Source of the DNA: a candidate division WWE3 bacterium UBA1401
Lineage (GTDB): Bacteria > Patescibacteriota > WWE3 > UBA101185 > UBA10185
DNA: 64,000 nucleotides
Assembly (NCBI GenBank): GCA_002305115.1
Contig: DBQF01000003.1
Location: 129,338 to 193,337 of the forward strand
Direction: 5' to 3'
Under the pieces are notes generated by a model. The model did not search any database, was not told where the DNA came from, and saw only the letters and a program-made list of their open reading frames with translations. Position numbers and translations under genes: made by a program. Positions 27,236-35,972 of the stretch are shown here, piece after piece; the first letter of the stretch is position 1; every line of letters begins with the position of its first letter.

Positions 27236-28176
27236 ACATATATGTAATCGGGCATATCAACCCGGATCTAGATAGTATAGTTGCTGCTCACACATATGCA
27301 GAATTTTTAAAACATACCGACAGATATAAAGGTATGGAAGTTATACCCCTGCGCACAGACGGGTGTAACCGGGAAACTACTACAGTTTTTGAAAAATTTA
27401 ATACCCCGTTACCTCAACATATTGATGAAGTAAAGATCGGAGAAACCGACGCTTTTGTTCTAGTAGATCACAATGAAGAAGCGCAAAGACACGAAAAAAT
27501 TCCTGCAGAGCAAGTAGTGGAAATCCTGGACCACCACAAAAGCAACTTAAACTTTAATACACCTTTACGTATAGACTTTAAGCCATTGGGTGCTACAAGT
27601 TCTTTAGTATATGAACATTTTAAAATGTATGGCTACGACATGACTAAAGAGAATAAAGCACTTATTTTGGCAGCCATACTTTCAGACACACAGGGGCTAA
27701 AATCGAGTACAACTACTGGTATGGATTCGCAGTTTGCCCATGAAATAGGGGAAGAACTGGGGTTAGATCTTAATGCCCTTACCTTCGAAATTTTTAGAGC
27801 AAAATCTGATATCGAAGGATTGTCTGTGGAAGAGCTCGTTACTAAGGATTACAAAATATTTAAATACGGCGAAATTGAAGTGTTTATCGACCAGATAGAA
27901 ACAGTCGAACCGGATAAATTGCTGAATCAAAAAGACGCATTGCTTGATACACTAAAAGAAACCAAGGCTAAACTGGGAGTAGGGCAAGCATATGTTGTGA
28001 TAACAGATATTCTGGAAGTTAATTCGTTTGCACTATACACTACTGAAGAAGAAAAAAGAGTACTGGAAAAAGCCTTTTTGGCCGAAGGCGAAGATGGAAT
28101 TATGGATATTGGCCCAAGGCTCAGCAGGAAAAAAGACATTGCGCCTAAAATAGAAGAAATAATATTATCGGAATAA
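27232..28176 (+). CDS. ppaC: DHH/DHHA2 phosphoesterase, family II inorganic pyrophosphatase-like
   Basis: HINPDLDS, LVDHNE, ILDHHK, LSDTQGLKSSTTT, LSRKKD (DHHA2). Its ATGA overlaps the gyrB stop, and it ends 3 nt before gyrA. Confidence 0.75.
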   Translation: MNIYVIGHINPDLDSIVAAHTYAEFLKHTDRYKGMEVIPLRTDGCNRETTTVFEKFNTPLPQHIDEVKIGETDAFVLVDHNEEAQRHEKIPAEQVVEILDHHKSNLNFNTPLRIDFKPLGATSSLVYEHFKMYGYDMTKENKALILAAILSDTQGLKSSTTTGMDSQFAHEIGEELGLDLNALTFEIFRAKSDIEGLSVEELVTKDYKIFKYGEIEVFIDQIETVEPDKLLNQKDALLDTLKETKAKLGVGQAYVVITDILEVNSFALYTTEEEKRVLEKAFLAEGEDGIMDIGPRLSRKKDIAPKIEEIILSE

Positions 28177-28179
28177 TTT

Positions 28180-30750
28180 ATGGCTGAAGAAATAACTGCA
28201 CTAACAACTGAAGATAACGAAAACTTACCAGAGGGCATTATAAAAGCCAATATCACTGATGAAATGGAAAAAGCGTACTTGGATTACGCCATGAGTGTTA
28301 TTGTTTCCCGAGCACTTCCGGACGTTAAGGATGGCTTAAAACCTGTTCAAAGAAGAATAATCTATGCTATGCAAGACCAGGGTATGACTGCTTCCGGAAA
28401 GTTTAACAAGTGTGCTGCGGTTATTGGCGAAGTACTCAAGAAATACCACCCGCATGGTGATACATCGGTTTATGATGCACTGGTGAGAATGGCGCAAGAC
28501 TTTTCCATGCGATATCCAGTCATTACGCCTCAAGGTAACTTTGGAAACATCGATGGCGATGCTCCGGCAGCCATGAGATACACCGAATGTAAATTGGCAC
28601 CTATTGCTGAAGAACTCTATAGAGATATAGACAAAGAGACAGTAGATTTTGAAATAAATGACTTGCAGAACGAAGAACCCGTATACTTGCCTTCATTATT
28701 ACCCAATCTACTGCTAAATGGCGGTGTTGGTATTGCAGTGGGGATGGCAACAAACATTCCGCCACATAATTTAGTGGAAGTAATAGACGGCATCAACGTA
28801 CTAATAGAAAAAGCAGACAACATTGGTAAAGCTCCGGCTAAAGATAGTGAAAACCAAGTGACACAAGTAGATTTTTCTTCGGAAGCTACTGTGGAAGACC
28901 TCGTGGAACACATTAAAGGACCGGACTTTCCAACCGGAGGCATTATTTACGACAGAAAAGAAATTTTACAGATGTACGCTACCGGCAAAGGCAGGGTTGT
29001 GACCAGAGCAAAAGTAGATATTGAAGAAACTAAGGGCAAGACCAGAATCGTAGTCACAGAAATTCCGTATCAGGTAAATAAATCTACACTGGTAGCAAAA
29101 ATCGCAGATGCCATAAGGTCAAAAAGAATAGAAGGTGTATCCGATCTTAGAGATGAATCAAGCCGCGGTGGTATTCGGATAGTTATTGAACTTAAAAAAG
29201 AAGCTATTCCCAAAAAAGTAGAGAATGCACTATATAAATATACTCAATTGCAAGACACATTTAATGGCAATATGGTGGCTTTAGTAAACGGCGAGCCTAA
29301 GCTACTAACACTAAAAACAATATTGGAAGAGTTTGTAAAGCACAGACAAAATGTAGTAGTCAAAAGAACCATTTATTTACTCAGAAAAGCCAAAGAACGC
29401 GAACATATCTTGCAAGGACTAAAAATAGCTTTGGACAACCTGGACGCGGTAATAAAACTTATTAGGAACAGTCCGGATGCCGATAAAGCTAAAGAAGGGC
29501 TGGTGAAACAGTTTGGCCTTTCCGAAATACAAGCACAAGCCATTTTAGATATGCAGCTTAGAAGATTGGCAGCATTGGAGAGGCAAAAGATAGAAGATGA
29601 GCTAAAAGAGATTATTGCCACTATTAAAGATTTCGAAGGCATACTAGCTTCGCCTGTGCACATTATAGAAATAGTCCAAAAAGAGCTCTCGGAGCTTAAA
29701 ACAAAGTTTGGGGACGAAAGAAAAACTAAAGTAGTAAAAGGCAAGGTAGGGGAAATATCGGAAGAAGATTTAGTTGTTAATGAGCCATGCATTGTTACTA
29801 TTTCGCACAGTGGCTATATAAAGAGGCTAAAAGACGATACCTACAAAACGCAAGCCCGCGGAGGAAAGGGCGTTAAGGGACAAGAACTCAAGGATGAGGA
29901 CACTATTGCCTCTATCAGGACCTGTAATACACATGACTATGCATTTTTCTTTACTAATACAGGAAAGGTGTATAAACTGCGTATCTGGGAAATTCCAGAG
30001 TCTTCACGAACTGCCAAAGGTACAGCTCTGGTTAATTTCCTAAACATCAGTCAAGATGAAGCAGTACAGGCTTTTTTGACCATGCCCGCCGAAGCACTGG
30101 TAAATGCAGATGGCTACATTATGCTGGGCACTAACCAGGGCTTTGTTAAAAAAACACCATTGGCAGATTTTGAGAATATCAGGTCTTCGGGCATTATGGC
30201 TATTTACCTTTCCGACGGTGACAATCTGGCCTGGGCCAGAGAAACTACAGGCAATAGTGAGGTACTCATAACAACTTCTTTGGGCCAGTCAATCAGATTC
30301 AAAGAAACCGAAGTCAGACCAATGGGCAGAAATGCCAGGGGTGTCAGGGGGATTAAGCTGCAAAGCGATGACTATGTTGTTGGAATGGTCATTATTCCCA
30401 AAGATGAAAAAGAGTACGACTTGGTAGTAGTTTCGAAAAATGGTTATGGCAAGAAAACAGGTTTGGATGAGTACAAAACGCAGGGTAGAGGAGGCAGCGG
30501 TATTAGAACATATAGTAAGAGGTCTATTGGCAAAACAGGGAAGTTGATCAGCGCGCAGATTCAAAAAAAGTCGGAAGACAATGATATGCTGATTGCCACT
30601 TCAAGCGGCCAGATAATTAGAATTTGCACCGATGAAATTCCAAGGCAAGGCAGAGATACGCTTGGGGTAAGGTTGATTAGATTGAATAAGGGTGATGAAG
30701 CAACGTCTGTGGCGCTGTTGGAAGAAAATCCAGAGGTTGTGGAAAAGTAG
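28180..30750 (+). CDS. gyrA: DNA gyrase subunit A
   Basis: LPDVKDGLKPVQRRIIYAM, catalytic AAMRYTE, GyrA-box-type beta-pinwheel repeats at the C-terminus. Confidence 0.97.
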   Translation: MAEEITALTTEDNENLPEGIIKANITDEMEKAYLDYAMSVIVSRALPDVKDGLKPVQRRIIYAMQDQGMTASGKFNKCAAVIGEVLKKYHPHGDTSVYDALVRMAQDFSMRYPVITPQGNFGNIDGDAPAAMRYTECKLAPIAEELYRDIDKETVDFEINDLQNEEPVYLPSLLPNLLLNGGVGIAVGMATNIPPHNLVEVIDGINVLIEKADNIGKAPAKDSENQVTQVDFSSEATVEDLVEHIKGPDFPTGGIIYDRKEILQMYATGKGRVVTRAKVDIEETKGKTRIVVTEIPYQVNKSTLVAKIADAIRSKRIEGVSDLRDESSRGGIRIVIELKKEAIPKKVENALYKYTQLQDTFNGNMVALVNGEPKLLTLKTILEEFVKHRQNVVVKRTIYLLRKAKEREHILQGLKIALDNLDAVIKLIRNSPDADKAKEGLVKQFGLSEIQAQAILDMQLRRLAALERQKIEDELKEIIATIKDFEGILASPVHIIEIVQKELSELKTKFGDERKTKVVKGKVGEISEEDLVVNEPCIVTISHSGYIKRLKDDTYKTQARGGKGVKGQELKDEDTIASIRTCNTHDYAFFFTNTGKVYKLRIWEIPESSRTAKGTALVNFLNISQDEAVQAFLTMPAEALVNADGYIMLGTNQGFVKKTPLADFENIRSSGIMAIYLSDGDNLAWARETTGNSEVLITTSLGQSIRFKETEVRPMGRNARGVRGIKLQSDDYVVGMVIIPKDEKEYDLVVVSKNGYGKKTGLDEYKTQGRGGSGIRTYSKRSIGKTGKLISAQIQKKSEDNDMLIATSSGQIIRICTDEIPRQGRDTLGVRLIRLNKGDEATSVALLEENPEVVEK

Positions 30751-30755
30751 AAGGG

Positions 30756-30770
30756 AAGGGTCCGACCCTT
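30756..30770. repeat. REP-like palindrome AAGGGTC-C-GACCCTT followed by ATTTTAT
   Basis: Perfect 7-1-7, 6 nt after the gyrA stop. A T-rich trailer makes it terminator-like. Confidence 0.8.
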
Positions 30771-30881
30771 ATTTTATACCGTTACAAGGGAATTCCTGAC
30801 AGAAATCCAAGCGTATTTTCTCCAACGCGAGAACAATTACTATGAAATTTGTACCTCAAATTGCGTAAAAACAACCCAGGA

Positions 30882-30898
30882 GAAAGGTCCGACCTTTC
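30882..30898. repeat. REP-like palindrome GAAAGGTC-C-GACCTTTC
   Basis: Perfect 8-1-8. Confidence 0.8.
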
Positions 30899-31133
30899 CT
30901 TCTAACGGCCGAAACGAATCTGGTGTCACCTGGAACAATCAAAATCAAACAAGCAACAATCGCTGCTATGGCTATAGCAGTCCAGGCAATACCAATGTTG
31001 CCAAACCAACGGTTGTATCTGCAGGTAGAACGAACAAGAGCAAGTATGCTTGACCTAAACCTCCTTTCTTGTACCTGTAGAAGGCGGAATATTCGGCTTA
31101 GCGTAATCACTTTCTAGAGCACCTATACACAAG

Positions 31134-31166
31134 AAAAAGAGAGGTTGCTTCGGCACTTCTCTTTTT
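31134..31166. terminator. Long A/T-framed hairpin AAAAAGAGAGGTTGC-TTCG-GCACTTCTCTTTTT
   Basis: Stem of ~14 bp with one bulge and a TTCG tetraloop. T-runs on both strands make it look bidirectional. Confidence 0.45.
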
Positions 31167-31187
31167 CCCTCCATTTCCAACATAAGC

Positions 31188-31193
31188 TATAAT
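31188..31193 (+). promoter_or_regulatory. Candidate -10 box within the duplicated 12-mer ATAAGCTATAAT
   Basis: Consensus TATAAT ~50 nt upstream of ORF 31244. The same 12-mer recurs at 31704..31715. Confidence 0.4.
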
Positions 31194-31243
31194 ATCCCCA
31201 TAGCCCACACACTGGGTGTGGAGAATGAATGGAGGGATCATCA

Positions 31244-31618
31244 ATGCAGGTAATAAAAATCCTTGAACAGACGGGGAAGGGACATCTAGTCATATGCGTT
31301 TTTGCTGTTTCTAAGCAGAGTGACATTGCCGCCACAAAAGTAGCTATTGACGTCGCTTTGGATAGTTGGGAACGTCCACAACAATACCAAGAGGTGTCTA
31401 TTATCATAGAAGCATCTGACCTTGCTGCGGAAGCACTTAGACACTCAATCAACAGCTCCCTACACCTTAGGAAAAAACTCCGCAGTATATTACTTGTAGG
31501 GAGTCCAACACAAATCACGGCTACAGTCGAGAAGCTACAGGGATATGCAGACGAGCGTACAGGGAGATACATACCAGTAGTCTCAGCCATCGAGAGACTC
31601 CCAATAATCGCTGAGTAA
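31244..31618 (+). CDS. Hypothetical protein (124 aa)
   Basis: ORF 31229..31618. GGAGGG RBS precedes the ATG at 31244. The + strand translation looks balanced and protein-like (MQVIKILEQTGKGHLVICVFAV...), whereas the antisense ORF 31123..31623 is Cys/Ser-rich. No motif recognised. Confidence 0.4.
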   Translation: MQVIKILEQTGKGHLVICVFAVSKQSDIAATKVAIDVALDSWERPQQYQEVSIIIEASDLAAEALRHSINSSLHLRKKLRSILLVGSPTQITATVEKLQGYADERTGRYIPVVSAIERLPIIAE

Positions 31619-31649
31619 CCCATCGTAATACTAGGACAGGGGTGATGTC

Positions 31650-31662
31650 AAGGTCTGACCTT
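31650..31662. repeat. REP-like palindrome AAGGTC-T-GACCTT
   Basis: Perfect 6-1-6 between the two hypothetical ORFs. Confidence 0.75.
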
Positions 31663-31709
31663 ACACCACCTCTGTCACCCCAAACAATCCCTAGAATCCC
31701 CATATAAGC

Positions 31710-31715
31710 TATAAT
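31710..31715 (+). promoter_or_regulatory. Candidate -10 box within the second copy of ATAAGCTATAAT
   Basis: TATAAT ~50 nt upstream of ORF 31768. The adjacent ATCCCCATA 9-mer is also shared with the first copy. Confidence 0.4.
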
Positions 31716-31767
31716 CAATAACAGAGTACCCGCCGCCAAATACGCGGCTAGAAAGGCGTGAGAAAGA

Positions 31768-32112
31768 ATGAGGAGCAAAAGGGGTGAAAGGCCACAGATC
31801 GTGGTCTTAAACACCTCTCCGATGGCAAAAGAGATTTTCCATCTGCTCCAATACACTTCACTGAATGCAGTCTTAGCACATCCAGAGGAACCACAAGATG
31901 GCTGTCAAAATGCAATAGCCATCTTGCATCTGCATGGCAGCACACAGGTACAGCAAGAACTGGTTGGAAACTTCGAAAAAATTATAGTTCTTGTTACAGG
32001 AGTGCCCGATATAGAGCAAGAAAGCACAGAAACAATCAATTTTCTAGCTTTAGACATAAGTGCTGAAGGCTTCCTCGGACTACGTAACTACATTGCAAAT
32101 CTACCAAACTAG
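31768..32112 (+). CDS. Hypothetical protein (114 aa), alternating beta/alpha pattern reminiscent of a receiver-like fold without the acceptor Asp
   Basis: QIVVLNT / AIAILHLH / KIIVLVTG / INFLALD hydrophobic strands alternate with helices. No conserved DD..D..K residues are identifiable. Confidence 0.35.
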   Translation: MRSKRGERPQIVVLNTSPMAKEIFHLLQYTSLNAVLAHPEEPQDGCQNAIAILHLHGSTQVQQELVGNFEKIIVLVTGVPDIEQESTETINFLALDISAEGFLGLRNYIANLPN

Positions 32113-32163
32113 CATCTCACCAGGCTTGGTTCCAAAACACTGGGATCAGGCCTTTTCTTGTGG

Positions 32164-32176
32164 AGGGTCGGACCCT
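32164..32176. repeat. REP-like palindrome AGGGTC-G-GACCCT
   Basis: Perfect 6-1-6. Forms a tandem pair with 32183..32197. Confidence 0.8.
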
Positions 32177-32182
32177 GATTTA

Positions 32183-32197
32183 AAAGGTCAGACCTTT
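32183..32197. repeat. REP-like palindrome AAAGGTC-A-GACCTTT
   Basis: Perfect 7-1-7, ~48 nt upstream of rnhB. Confidence 0.8.
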
Positions 32198-32244
32198 CTG
32201 ACAACCGGCAAGCAACCTTTTCTTACGAATGCTAAAATCAACCC

Positions 32245-32910
32245 ATGCCAAAACTTCCACTGACTCAATTCGAAATAGCCCTCTGGCAAACCGGTATAGA
32301 CTACATAGCTGGGGTAGATGAAGTGGGTAGGGGATCACTTGCAGGTCCCTTGGTCGTAGGAGCAGTAATATTAAACAAACAACACCTACTTACAAATAGC
32401 GACGTCGCGCCAGAAATTTTTGAACTTTATGCGGCAGTTGACGATTCCAAGAAATTATCTCCTAGAAAAAGGGAGCAGTTGGCCAAATTTATAAAAAACC
32501 AAGCAATGGCCCATGCAATTTTTGAAATACCCCCGCATGAAATAGACAAATTTGGCATAGCACAAGCTACACAAAACGCGTTTTTTGGAAGCATTCGGCA
32601 ACTGGCTATAAAACCCCAGCACATCTTAACAGACACCTTCGCAATAAAAGAATATCCAGAACAAATTCAGACCAATATAATAAAAGGCGATCAAAAGAGC
32701 ATAACTATCGCAGCAGCTTCAATTGTGGCCAAAGTATACAGAGATAACTTGATGGTGGAATATCACAAGATCTACAAAAACTACTGTTTCGACGCGCACA
32801 AAGGTTATGGCACTAAGAGACATAAAGAAGCAATTGAAAAATATGGGCCTTGTGACTTGCACAGGAAAAGTTTTGAACCTATCCGATCGTATCTACAAGA
32901 TCATCACTAA
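32245..32910 (+). CDS. rnhB: Ribonuclease HII
   Basis: GVDEVGRGSLAGPLVVGAVIL plus DSKKLS and SIVAKV motifs. Confidence 0.9.
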   Translation: MPKLPLTQFEIALWQTGIDYIAGVDEVGRGSLAGPLVVGAVILNKQHLLTNSDVAPEIFELYAAVDDSKKLSPRKREQLAKFIKNQAMAHAIFEIPPHEIDKFGIAQATQNAFFGSIRQLAIKPQHILTDTFAIKEYPEQIQTNIIKGDQKSITIAAASIVAKVYRDNLMVEYHKIYKNYCFDAHKGYGTKRHKEAIEKYGPCDLHRKSFEPIRSYLQDHH

Positions 32911-33889
32911 CATCCTCATCATCTAGTTCTACATCTTTGTGAAATTTTTTGTGCACATCCTTAAGTTGCTTATTTGTAACATGTGTATAAATTTGCGTAG
33001 TTGCTACATTAGAGTGACCCAAAAGCTCCTGAACAGAGCGCAGATCAGCCCCCTCCCGCAGTAACCCGGTTGCAAAGGTATGCCTTAAAGTATGGGGGGT
33101 AGCATCAACACTTAACCCGGCTCGTAAAACATATTTTTTTACAAGCCGTTGCACACTGCGGGCAGTTAACCGTAAGGATTCGCCATCAACGTCATCAGAT
33201 TCCATTCTTTTCCCGGAATAACGCAAGAATAGGGGAATGAAGTTATCGCTTCTCGTAGATAAATAACGACGTATCCACTCGCGCGCTGAAGCGCTTAGAT
33301 AGACTGTTCTAACTTTCCTGCCTTTGCCTAGCACACTAAACTCTCCGGAATCCAGATTAATATCATCTATATTTAGGGCTACTAATTCACTAACACGCAA
33401 GCCTGTACTGAACAAGGTTTCCAGAATAGCTCTATCTCTAATACCAGAGCGTTTGCTAAGGTCTTGGGTTTCAAATAGCCTGCGCAGCTGGTCTTCGTTT
33501 AAGACTTTGGGGTTACGGTCATCAGATCGCCCAAGAATGATTTGTTCTGGCGCAACTACTTCTAAGCCTTCTTCCACAATTAAGTATTTTAGAAAAGCTC
33601 TGATAGCCACCAAAAATGTTTTCTGTGTGGACTTCTTGAATTCTTCATTAGATTTGGAACTTATGCGTCGATTTAAATTAATTCTGTACTTTCTAATTAG
33701 TTCTGGTTCTAAATCATCTGGATGTAGCTCATCTTTATCTAAAGTTTCACAAGACCATTGAATAAAGTCTGTTAAATAGAAATGGTACATACGAATGGTA
33801 CTTTGAGAAAGGTTCTTTTCGATCTCGCAGTGCTCCAAATATCGCGTCACTAGACCTCTTATGGTGTTATTGGATGATGTTGTAGTCAT
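32879..33889 (-). CDS. xerC: Tyrosine site-specific recombinase XerC/XerD family
   Basis: R..HxxR..Y catalytic set: GLRVSEL, TPHTLRHTFATGLL, LLGHSNVATTQIYTHV. Acidic C-terminal tail. Its 3' end overlaps rnhB by 32 nt (convergent). Confidence 0.9.
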   Translation of the reverse strand: MTTTSSNNTIRGLVTRYLEHCEIEKNLSQSTIRMYHFYLTDFIQWSCETLDKDELHPDDLEPELIRKYRINLNRRISSKSNEEFKKSTQKTFLVAIRAFLKYLIVEEGLEVVAPEQIILGRSDDRNPKVLNEDQLRRLFETQDLSKRSGIRDRAILETLFSTGLRVSELVALNIDDINLDSGEFSVLGKGRKVRTVYLSASAREWIRRYLSTRSDNFIPLFLRYSGKRMESDDVDGESLRLTARSVQRLVKKYVLRAGLSVDATPHTLRHTFATGLLREGADLRSVQELLGHSNVATTQIYTHVTNKQLKDVHKKFHKDVELDDEDVSDDLVDTIG

Positions 33890-34004
33890 GTGTGTATTAA
33901 AGATCGATCCTAGGGCCTTCCAGGGGCTCTAATTGTAGCTGAAGGAAATTAACCAGCTACATTATAAATTTTATCACATATGAGACATTCAAGATGCGGG
34001 ATTT

Positions 34005-34028
34005 GTTAGCAGTCAGTTGTCAGAAGTC
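34005..34028. repeat. GTYAGNN heptads GTTAGCA-GTCAGTT-GTCAGAA-GTC
   Basis: Same heptad family as 5085..5117 and 46684..46712. Lies upstream of xerC. Confidence 0.55.
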
Positions 34029-34406
34029 ATTCACCGGAGTAGGCAAGCAAGGAAAACCCGCAACAGAACATATCCACAAATAAATTAATAAATAGTTTCG
34101 GAAGTAACTTGTGTATAAAAGAAAACAGAAAATAGAAGCAGGGGAGAAAAAGTCGAGAGAAACGATACGTCGTATAATGTATGTTTAACGACATACCAGG
34201 TTGATTTTCCGCACACCCACAGTAAAGGGAGACATATACAAACAAATAGGGTGCGGCATGTTTAAATTCCAAAAAATAATGCAAATTAAATAAATAATTA
34301 TTGTTTAATTACAGTCCATTTCCCTAAATTAAGCAGTATTTTAAGCCAGGGCATGCTGCGCCGTAGCAAAGCGAAGGCGAGATATCCACAATGCAGGAAT
34401 AAAAAC

Positions 34407-34469
34407 TATGACAAACCTACAAACAGAGAATATGACAACCCTACCCTATAGGAAATATGACAAACTTAC
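34407..34469 (+). repeat. Three direct repeats TATGACAAMCYTAC spaced 24-25 nt apart
   Basis: Copies at 34407-34420, 34431-34444 and 34456-34469, read directly in the 675-nt AT-rich intergenic region. Confidence 0.6.
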
Positions 34470-34564
34470 AAAAAACTTATTATCACTTAATGCTATAGGG
34501 TGATATACTAGAAAGGGCGACTCCCCTCTCCTCTACTTCATGGGGTATGGGTTATCACAAAAAC

Positions 34565-35365
34565 TTAAGGTTTAAAAATGAGTACTAAAGCTAGGAAGAA
34601 CAAAAAAATAAATCCATACTCTAACAACGTGCTTTTAACTAAAGTATTTTTTAAATGCGAATTTAAGTAGTTCAAACCAAACATCAGTACCGATGAACAC
34701 AGCAATGATCTTAAGAAGGATTCGGAAGGAATAAAAGAAACGCTAAACCCTATAGCAAGAACAAGAAGAGACACAAAAAGCCCGAGCATAATCGCCTCCC
34801 CTACCCCAACTGTCCTAATTTCGTTATCAAAACTAAACGTCCAAAGAATGTACTGCACAAAAAGAAAAGCAGAAAAACCAATAATCAGGTTCTGAAGCAA
34901 GGGAGCGCTGTTTATTTTAAAAACACCTGCAAAGTATGGAATAGAGATTATGACAATTAAGATCTGGCTCCAAGTTGTAGCCACACGGTACAGTGGTATT
35001 TTCTCACTTTTGTCTTCAACAACAACAAAAATGTTGTTCACCAAGCTAATAATGTATAAAAGCGCCCCCACTGCCCCTAAAGATATAAATTTGAATACTA
35101 TACTCAAATTTGGAAAAAACATTAGCGCAAAAACTGCTCCTAAAACCAAATGCAGCGGAAGTAAAATAAGTGAGAAACTATTGCGAAAACTTATGCCGGG
35201 ATACTGAGTAATAACAACGCCGGTTAAGGTGGCCAGGAAAAGCCAGAAGAACGTACTAAATGAGTCAACACCTTCTATAAGAGCTGCAGAAGACTTTAAA
35301 AGCAAAAAGAACACCACCAGAGAGTAAATTACATATTTATATCGTTTTGCCATAGCGAATTTCAT
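34565..35365 (-). CDS. Polytopic membrane protein, unknown function
   Basis: 266 aa with ~8 hydrophobic segments. Its start abuts the stop of the YebC-like gene. Confidence 0.6.
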   Translation of the reverse strand: MKFAMAKRYKYVIYSLVVFFLLLKSSAALIEGVDSFSTFFWLFLATLTGVVITQYPGISFRNSFSLILLPLHLVLGAVFALMFFPNLSIVFKFISLGAVGALLYIISLVNNIFVVVEDKSEKIPLYRVATTWSQILIVIISIPYFAGVFKINSAPLLQNLIIGFSAFLFVQYILWTFSFDNEIRTVGVGEAIMLGLFVSLLVLAIGFSVSFIPSESFLRSLLCSSVLMFGLNYLNSHLKNTLVKSTLLEYGFIFLFFLALVLIFKP

Positions 35366-35902
35366 TTAGGCAGTGCTGTAATTGGAGTATACAGCGGTAA
35401 CATCATCGTGCTCATCCAGTTCATCGTACAACGCCACAACCTTGTCTTTTTGGTCACTGTCAAGCGAAATGGAAAAATTAGGATTCTCGGGATCAGGTGA
35501 AAAAATGTAAGCAGTACTCCCCGACTCTCCTAAAGAACCGTTGTGCCGGCTAAAAATGTTTCTTAGTTCAGAAACCGTGCGATTTTTATTATCCGTTAAA
35601 GTAGATACTAAAAAAGCCACGCCGTACGGACCATAACCTTCATATACAACATCTTCAAGTTTGCCCTCCATGCCAATTCCGAGACCTTTATTAACAGCTC
35701 TTTGAATATTATCCTTAGGCATACTGGCAGCCTTGGCTTTATCAATAGCAAGCCTAAGCGCAGGATTAGCATCGGGGTCACCACCACCCTCACGGGCAGC
35801 CACCATAATGACTCTGCTGAGTTTAGAAAATGCCTGGCTCTTTTTCGAATCAGCCACAGCTTTATCTCTTTTAATTTTTGACCATTTATTGTGTCCACTC
35901 AT
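35366..35902 (-). CDS. YebC/PmpR-family protein (short form)
   Basis: [62 protein letters not shown]. 178 aa, shorter than the typical ~240 aa. Confidence 0.85.
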   Translation of the reverse strand: MSGHNKWSKIKRDKAVADSKKSQAFSKLSRVIMVAAREGGGDPDANPALRLAIDKAKAASMPKDNIQRAVNKGLGIGMEGKLEDVVYEGYGPYGVAFLVSTLTDNKNRTVSELRNIFSRHNGSLGESGSTAYIFSPDPENPNFSISLDSDQKDKVVALYDELDEHDDVTAVYSNYSTA

Positions 35903-35972
35903 GGAGTGTATGATACCACACCCAGGCTATAGGAGTATTGACAAATCCGGGGAATCTGATATTTTCTACCTC

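Noticed and set aside
30751-31050. A stop-codon readthrough extension of gyrA (frame open for 100 codons after the TAG)
   Set aside because: The extension contains no start codon and translates through two repeat copies. GyrA already ends at its normal length.
30879-31100. RNase P RNA: GGAGAAAGGTCCGACC resembles the P4 strand GAGGAAAGUCCGGGC, and GGAATATTCGGCTTAG resembles ACAGAAnnCGGCUUA
   Set aside because: The first motif is simply a copy of the dispersed palindrome found at least 17 times. The interval is too short (~230 nt) and lacks the other universally conserved RNase P regions. Likely coincidence.
31123-31623. A 166-aa minus-strand ORF (and the 31521..31856, 31748..31945 and 32060..32263 ORFs)
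   Set aside because: The translations are Cys/Ser/Leu-rich and low in complexity, and they are antisense to or overlap more protein-like + strand ORFs. ORF 32060..32263 translates straight through two palindromic repeats.
33186-33196. A hammerhead-ribozyme-like CUGAUGA core on the minus strand
   Set aside because: It lies inside the conserved xerC coding frame and lacks the accompanying GAAA/stem architecture. Chance heptamer.
34027-34284. An 85-aa minus-strand ORF in the xerC upstream gap
   Set aside because: It is extremely hydrophobic/aromatic and AT-driven, has no RBS, and spans the dif-like repeat. Likely spurious.
33890-34564. A chromosomal replication origin (AT-rich, two ATATCCACA boxes, direct repeats)
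   Set aside because: There are only two imperfect DnaA boxes, no dnaA/dnaN adjacency and no strand-bias switch visible across this point. Kept only as a low-interest observation.
35733-35972. A 5' extension of the TPR ORF overlapping yebC
   Set aside because: The extension is antisense to the well-supported YebC-like gene and translates as low-complexity Ala/Ser/Leu. The conserved TPR sequence begins at the ATG at 35973.
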